From Desulfotalea psychrophila LSv54 (GTDB lineage: Bacteria; Desulfobacterota; Desulfobulbia; Desulfobulbales; Desulfocapsaceae), in NCBI RefSeq assembly GCF_000025945.1, contig NC_006138.1, positions 1,380,001 through 1,412,000 on the forward strand: DNA of 32,000 bases, given 5' to 3'. Shown one piece after another: positions 27,082 through 32,000 of this stretch. Within the stretch, counting starts at the first letter, position 1. Each line of letters opens with the position of its first letter. The position numbers were made by a program, and so were the translations under genes. A model generated the notes under the pieces. It was not told the DNA's origin and ran no database searches. It was given only the letters and a program-made list of their open reading frames with translations.

Positions 27082-27675
27082 ATGAAACGTTGGAAATGTA
27101 GCGTTTGCGGTTATGTGCATACTGGGGATGTCCCTCCCGAAAAATGTCCTCTGTGTGGTGTTGCAAAAGAAAAATTTGTAGAGATCGCGGCAGAGAAATT
27201 ATCCCGACAAGAGAAAGTTAGCGGCAGGGTGGGGCAAAATTTTTGGATTAGACAGATCCTGAAGCACCATCTTCATCCTATGTTGGTTCATTTTCCCAAT
27301 GGTCTTTTGCCCGTCTCTTTGCTTTTTCTTGCCCTAGTCTATCTGTTTGGCGGCACCCAACTTCAATATGCAGCTTTTTTTAACCTGATTGCTGTGCTTA
27401 TAGTTCTCCCTGCCGTGATGTTTACAGGTTATGTGGAGTGGCAATCAAGGTATCGGGGGGCCCGGACCCTTCTCTTTAAGATAAAGATAGCTGCATCCAT
27501 AACAGTGCTTACCAGTTTGGTTATTCTTGTCCTCTGGCGTTTTGTTAATCCTGAGGTGATGGCTGTGGGCTCTTCGCAACGACATCTCTACTTTGCCCTT
27601 GCGGCGTTTATGGTTGCTGCGGTGGCACTTGCCGGTCATCTTGGTGGCACCCTGGTGCATAGGGGGCGAGATTAG
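27082..27675 (+). CDS. Rubredoxin-like domain fused to DUF2231-type membrane domain
   Basis: N-terminal [31 protein letters not shown] (two CxxC knuckles), then four TM segments with [21 protein letters not shown]. Confidence 0.85.
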   Translation: MKRWKCSVCGYVHTGDVPPEKCPLCGVAKEKFVEIAAEKLSRQEKVSGRVGQNFWIRQILKHHLHPMLVHFPNGLLPVSLLFLALVYLFGGTQLQYAAFFNLIAVLIVLPAVMFTGYVEWQSRYRGARTLLFKIKIAASITVLTSLVILVLWRFVNPEVMAVGSSQRHLYFALAAFMVAAVALAGHLGGTLVHRGRD

Positions 27676-27725
27676 TTTTCTCTCCCCTGTTTTTATATTT
27701 TAACCGTTTTAGCTTGGACGTTTTT

Positions 27726-28355
27726 ATGATGATTCCCCTTGATGTGGCCCTTACCTTTTTGTTTGCCTCCGTTGTCCTTGCTCTCGTTCCTGGCCCGGAT
27801 AATATTTTTGTCTTAACCCAGTCAGCCCTGCATGGGAGGAGATCGGGGATAGCGGTTGTCTTTGGCCTCTGTACGGGGGTGATATTCCATAGCTGTGCTG
27901 TGGCCCTCGGGGTTGCTGTTATTTTTCAAACTTCTGCCCTGGCCTTTACTGTCCTCAAATTTTTAGGCGCAGCCTATCTGGCCTATCTGGCCTGGCTCTC
28001 CTTTCGTACTAAAGGCTCTCCTCTTGTGGCCGGGGAAGGACTGGAACAGGACAGGTGGAAGCTTTACCGTCGTGGTATTCTTATGAGTATTACCAACCCT
28101 AAGGTCTCTATTTTTTTTCTGGCCTTTTTGCCACAGTTTGCTGATCCTGCCCGTGGCCCGGTTTCCCTTGCAGTATTGCTGTTGGGTGCTCTCTTTATGT
28201 GTTCCACCGTTGTGATCTTTGGTCTTATCGCCTTGCTGGCAGGTAGTCTTGGTGAGTATTTGCATCGTTCTAAGAATGTGCAGGTTTGGCTCCATAAAAT
28301 TGCCGGTACCGTTTATCTGGGACTTGCGGTAAAGTTAGCCCTGCTGGAGAGGTAG
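27726..28355 (+). CDS. LysE/RhtB family amino-acid exporter
   Basis: VPGPDNIFVLTQSALHGRRSGIAVVFGLCTG and LKFLGAAYLAYLAWLSFRTK motifs; six TM segments. Confidence 0.92.
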   Translation: MMIPLDVALTFLFASVVLALVPGPDNIFVLTQSALHGRRSGIAVVFGLCTGVIFHSCAVALGVAVIFQTSALAFTVLKFLGAAYLAYLAWLSFRTKGSPLVAGEGLEQDRWKLYRRGILMSITNPKVSIFFLAFLPQFADPARGPVSLAVLLLGALFMCSTVVIFGLIALLAGSLGEYLHRSKNVQVWLHKIAGTVYLGLAVKLALLER

Positions 28356-28461
28356 GTACCAGGGCTTTACTCTGGAAAACGGCTGAAGATAATGGAGAGT
28401 AGGATGAGGTACTGTTCATTGTGAGAATTTGGGAAGGCAATCCCCCTTGAGCTTGGTCAGT

Positions 28462-29223
28462 ATGGAAAAATTTGTAGAAATTCGTATACAGCTTCGTGAT
28501 ATTTTAGAGAACTCCACGACTCGGATGAGTAAGATTATTTATTGGGTCATACACTGCCTGATTATTACTGCCCTTGTCAGCTTCACCGTTCATACCCTGC
28601 CCGAGCTGTCGCCTACGGCAAAGCAGATTTTATACCTTGTCGATCTGGCCTGTCTCTGTCTTTTTTCTGTAGAGTATCTCCTGCGCCTCTTTGCGGCTGA
28701 AAATCGATTTCGATTTGTCTGCTCATTTTTTGGCATCGTTGATCTCCTGGCTATTCTTCCCTACTTCCTCACCCTTGGTCTGTTTGACATGCGGGTATTG
28801 CGTCTCCTTCGACTCTTGCAACTGTTTAAGGTAGCCCGCTATAATAAAGTTTTTAAGAGGTACTATCGTGCCTGTCTGCTCTTGAGGGTGGATCTTGCCT
28901 TTTTTCTTGCCGTTGCCCTGATAACTGTTTATTTGGCGGCCGTGGGGATTTATCATTTTGAAAACCTTGCCCAGCCGGATAAGTTCGGCTCCATTTTTCA
29001 GAGCCTTTGGTGGTCGGTAGTGACCCTCACCACCGTGGGTTATGGGGACGTCTTTCCCATAACAACTGGTGGTAAGGTTTTTACCTTCGTCCTCCTGATC
29101 ATTGGCCTGGGGCTTGTTTCTGTACCTGCAGGTTTGGTGGCTTCAGCACTTGGCGAGGCCCGAGAAATAGAGAAGGTAGAAGAGAAGGGCAAACCGGAGT
29201 ATGGAGAGACCCACGAGCAATAG
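28462..29223 (+). CDS. Voltage-gated (Kv-type) potassium channel / ion transport protein
   Basis: S4-like RVLRLLRLLQLFKVARYNKVFKRYYR and selectivity filter TLTTVGYGDVFP. ATG at 28462 preferred over the track start at 28429. Confidence 0.92.
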   Translation: MEKFVEIRIQLRDILENSTTRMSKIIYWVIHCLIITALVSFTVHTLPELSPTAKQILYLVDLACLCLFSVEYLLRLFAAENRFRFVCSFFGIVDLLAILPYFLTLGLFDMRVLRLLRLLQLFKVARYNKVFKRYYRACLLLRVDLAFFLAVALITVYLAAVGIYHFENLAQPDKFGSIFQSLWWSVVTLTTVGYGDVFPITTGGKVFTFVLLIIGLGLVSVPAGLVASALGEAREIEKVEEKGKPEYGETHEQ

Positions 29224-29248
29224 CTGTGGGGGGTAGGGAGAGACGATA

Positions 29249-29288
29249 GGGGGACAAGGTCATAGGCTGATCTTGTCCCCCTTTTTTT
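29249..29288 (+). terminator. Intrinsic terminator between convergent genes
   Basis: GGGGGACAAG (29249-29258) / CTTGTCCCCC (29272-29281) followed by T7. Confidence 0.85.
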
Positions 29289-29958
29289 ATTCCGGGATAA
29301 AGGGCCTGATATCCTCGACGTATTCATTGACGATCTTGAATTTTCTCTCTTCTAAGGCCCTCGTGGCTCGAGCAACGTCACAGGTGGCTATTCGAAAGAT
29401 AAGCTGCTGTATTCCTGGATACTTGTGTGCCGGGCAACTGAATATTGATTGAAGGTTAATTTGTTCTTCTTTCAGGGCTTGGACAATTTCAGCAAAGGCA
29501 CCGATGTTGTCCTTAACATAGACCGAAAGTCTTGCTGATTGTTCGTCCATGCCAATGGCAGTGAGGAGCACCCCCATTACATCGGTAGAGGTGATAATTC
29601 CTGCCAGTCTGTTGTTGTCAAGGACAGGCAGGGCGCTGATATTATTTTGTTGCATGATGTATGCAGCCCTTTCCACCGTGGTTGAGACGGTGATGGTCAG
29701 TACAGTTTTGACCATGATGGATTTTACCTGTACCTGTTCCAATAGGGAGGTGAGCTCATAGACGCTGAGGGTGGTTGCCGGGGAGGCCCAGTTTTGCTTG
29801 AGGTCTTTGTCGGAGAGGATTCCCTCTAAAACACCCCTGTTATTGACCACCAAGAGATGATCAAAGGATTTGCTGTCCATAATTTTGCGTGCTGTGACAA
29901 GATTTGTTGTGGGGGAGATGGTGACAAGGTCCGTATGCATGATGTGGCCAATATACAT
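29287..29958 (-). CDS. Tandem CBS domain plus ACT domain protein (AcuB-like)
   Basis: MYIGHIMHTDLVTISPTTNLVTARKIM, VKSIMVKTVLTITVSTTVERAAYIMQQNNISALPVLDNNRLAGIITSTDV, then ARLSVYVKDNIGAFAEIVQALKEEQINLQSIF. ATG 29958 has CAGGAG upstream. Confidence 0.9.
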   Translation of the reverse strand: MYIGHIMHTDLVTISPTTNLVTARKIMDSKSFDHLLVVNNRGVLEGILSDKDLKQNWASPATTLSVYELTSLLEQVQVKSIMVKTVLTITVSTTVERAAYIMQQNNISALPVLDNNRLAGIITSTDVMGVLLTAIGMDEQSARLSVYVKDNIGAFAEIVQALKEEQINLQSIFSCPAHKYPGIQQLIFRIATCDVARATRALEERKFKIVNEYVEDIRPFIPE

Positions 29959-30392
29959 AAAATTCTCCTGTAGGGTGTGGGGTGGCAGCAGAGAGGCAGT
30001 GGTCTTCATCTTCTATAAAATAAAGAATATACGTCTTTTTTTCTCTTGTCAAAAGAAAGAGGATTCTCTTTGCTATGGTTAGGCCTCATGATTCTGTCCT
30101 TGCTTTTAGACGACGAATAAAATTACTCTGGGCTCGCCCGCTGCTTGGTTAAGTTTTGTCTTGGCTTGTTTTTGCTGTATAAACTTAACAAAAGGCTTGC
30201 TAGTGAGGGGCTCTTTGAGGTAGTTTGAGAACGTTCGTTGATTATAATGACTATTAAGCTTGTAAAGCTGTCTTTTGCACATGTTTTGCAGCTACTTGTG
30301 ATTGAAATTATAGAAATTGTTTTATATTTAATGTGGGCTGTGGTGGTAAGGAGCAGGTCACCTCAGACAATATGTGCTTATCAGGAGATATT

Positions 30393-32000
30393 GTGACTAG
30401 CAGAGAGAAAAAAACAGAGAGTGAATCCATGCTTTGGATGTCAGGTAATGAGGCTATCGCCCTTGGAGCCTACGAGGCAGGCGTGAAGGTGGCCTCAGGT
30501 TATCCCGGGACACCTTCAACGGAAATTATGGAGAATTTGTCCACCTATGACTCGGTTTATACCGAGTGGGCGCCCAATGAAAAGGTAGGTCTTGAGGTTG
30601 CCATTGGTGCCTGCTTTGCCGGAGCTCGGAGTCTGGCGACCATGAAGCATGTCGGGGTGAATGTGGCAGCAGATCCACTGCTTACCGTTGCTTACACGGG
30701 TGTTCGTGGTGGCTTGGTGGTGGTCAGTGCCGATGATCCTGAGATGCATTCCTCGCAGAATGAGCAGGATAATAGAAACTTTGCCCTTCATGCTAAGATA
30801 CCCTGTATAGAACCCTCCGAACCTGCCGAGGCAAAGGCCATGATGAGGCTTGCCTACGAGTTGAGTGAAGATCTTGATACTCCCATTATGTTTCGCATTA
30901 CTACCAGGGTCGCCCATGTGAAGGGTGTGGTCGAGAGGGGAACTCGGCTAGAGGGGCCTGTTGCCTGTGGCCTTGAAAAGGTGCCGAGCAAGATGGTTAT
31001 GCTTCCCGGTCTGGCCAAAAAACGTCGTGTCTTTGTTGAAGAGAGGATGGACCGTTGTAAGACCATTGCCGAGACGGCTGATTTTAACCGGATAGAAGAG
31101 GGTAGTACTAAACGTGGATTTATTACTGCGGGTGTTGCCTATCTCTATGTTAAGGAGGCCTTTCCACAGGACTCTGTGCTTAAATTGGGGATGACCTGGC
31201 CTCTTCCGGAGAAGAAGATCCGTGAGTTTGCCGCTTCGGTTGATGAACTTTATGTGGTGGAAGAGCTTGACCCATTTTTGGAAACGCAGATCAAGGCCAT
31301 GGGGATCAGCTGTCACGGTAAGGATCTTATTCCTAATCAGGGTGAGCTCAATACGGCCATTGTCCGTAAGGCGATCACCGGTTTAACGGATCTTGAGCTT
31401 TTTGAAGCTGTCGATCTGCCCATGCGCCCGCCTAATATGTGTGCCGGCTGTCCGCACCGTGGCATTTTCTTTAACCTGTCGCGGATGAATGTCTTTGTCT
31501 CGGGCGATATTGGTTGTTACACCCTGGGATTTTTACCACCGCTCTCGGCGATGGATGCCTGTGTTTGTATGGGCGCATCGGTACCCATGGCTCACGGTAT
31601 GGCCAAGGCCCTTGGTGAGGGGAGCCATGATAAGGTTGTTTCGGTGATCGGTGATTCCACCTTTATCCATTCAGGCATAACTGGCCTTATTAACACGGTA
31701 TATAATAACTCTGCCTCAACCCTTATTATTCTTGATAACCGCATTACGGCAATGACGGGTCAGCAGCAGAATCCTGCCACCGGTTATAATATCAAGGGTG
31801 AGGCGGCCAACGCTCTGGATCTTGAGGCGCTCTGTCGAGCCGTCGGGGTAAAGCATGTTTATACCGTTGACCCCCATGATATTATTAAAACACGTGAGGT
31901 GATGAAGGAGGCAGTTGCTCTTGATGAACCTTCGGTGGTTATTTCCCGGGCACCCTGTGTCCTCATACCGGAAATGAAGAGCCGTAAGACTGTTTCCTAT
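30393..32000 (+). CDS. iorA: Indolepyruvate ferredoxin oxidoreductase alpha subunit (3' end beyond window)
   Basis: SGNEAIALGAYEAGVKVASGYPGTPSTEIMENLS, MKHVGVNVAADPLLTVAYTGVRGGLVVVSADDP, PNMCAGCPHRGIFF, VVSVIGDSTFIHSGITGLINTVYN. GTG at 30393 has AGGAG 5 nt upstream; ATG 30372 is an alternative start. Confidence 0.95.
   Translation, partial: MTSREKKTESESMLWMSGNEAIALGAYEAGVKVASGYPGTPSTEIMENLSTYDSVYTEWAPNEKVGLEVAIGACFAGARSLATMKHVGVNVAADPLLTVAYTGVRGGLVVVSADDPEMHSSQNEQDNRNFALHAKIPCIEPSEPAEAKAMMRLAYELSEDLDTPIMFRITTRVAHVKGVVERGTRLEGPVACGLEKVPSKMVMLPGLAKKRRVFVEERMDRCKTIAETADFNRIEEGSTKRGFITAGVAYLYVKEAFPQDSVLKLGMTWPLPEKKIREFAASVDELYVVEELDPFLETQIKAMGISCHGKDLIPNQGELNTAIVRKAITGLTDLELFEAVDLPMRPPNMCAGCPHRGIFFNLSRMNVFVSGDIGCYTLGFLPPLSAMDACVCMGASVPMAHGMAKALGEGSHDKVVSVIGDSTFIHSGITGLINTVYNNSASTLIILDNRITAMTGQQQNPATGYNIKGEAANALDLEALCRAVGVKHVYTVDPHDIIKTREVMKEAVALDEPSVVISRAPCVLIPEMKSRKTVSY

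Noticed and set aside
30149-30188. Inverted repeat TTAAGTTT / AAACTTAA in the region upstream of iorA
   Set aside because: Only 8 bp with a 24-nt loop and AT-rich; consistent with chance or a minor regulatory site.

Overview
This looks like ordinary chromosomal sequence from a Gram-negative sulfate-reducer-like Deltaproteobacterium; the taxon is inferred from gene content and was not checked. No CRISPR array, prophage, transposase or restriction island is visible. Contents in order: partial amino-acid ABC-transporter binding protein; decayed autotransporter-like gene; compact minus-strand sulfur amino-acid cluster (metX, metW, cysE, cysK, a LysR regulator, an AEC transporter); TPR protein; tRNA-Cys; rnc; radical SAM protein; ABC-F ATPase; MOSC protein; DMT exporter; a polyphosphate-related neighbourhood (Nudix, orphan ParA, CYTH-like/CHAD, divergent ppk1); 12-TM-like membrane protein plus TIGR01777-type epimerase; hybrid histidine kinase plus periplasmic solute-binding protein; Lrp regulator; FMN reductase-like flavoprotein; rubredoxin-DUF2231 fusion; LysE exporter; Kv-type channel; CBS-ACT protein; start of iorA. 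The best candidate for an under-described system is the CHAD/ParA/Nudix/ppk1 locus: a CHAD protein is translationally coupled to an orphan ParA next to polyphosphate kinase, which suggests a polyphosphate-granule positioning module. Four genes also show reading-frame anomalies: autotransporter barrel decay, ppk1 N-terminus split across two frames, solute-binding protein frameshift at a T9 tract, and a LysR gene whose best start is ATA.
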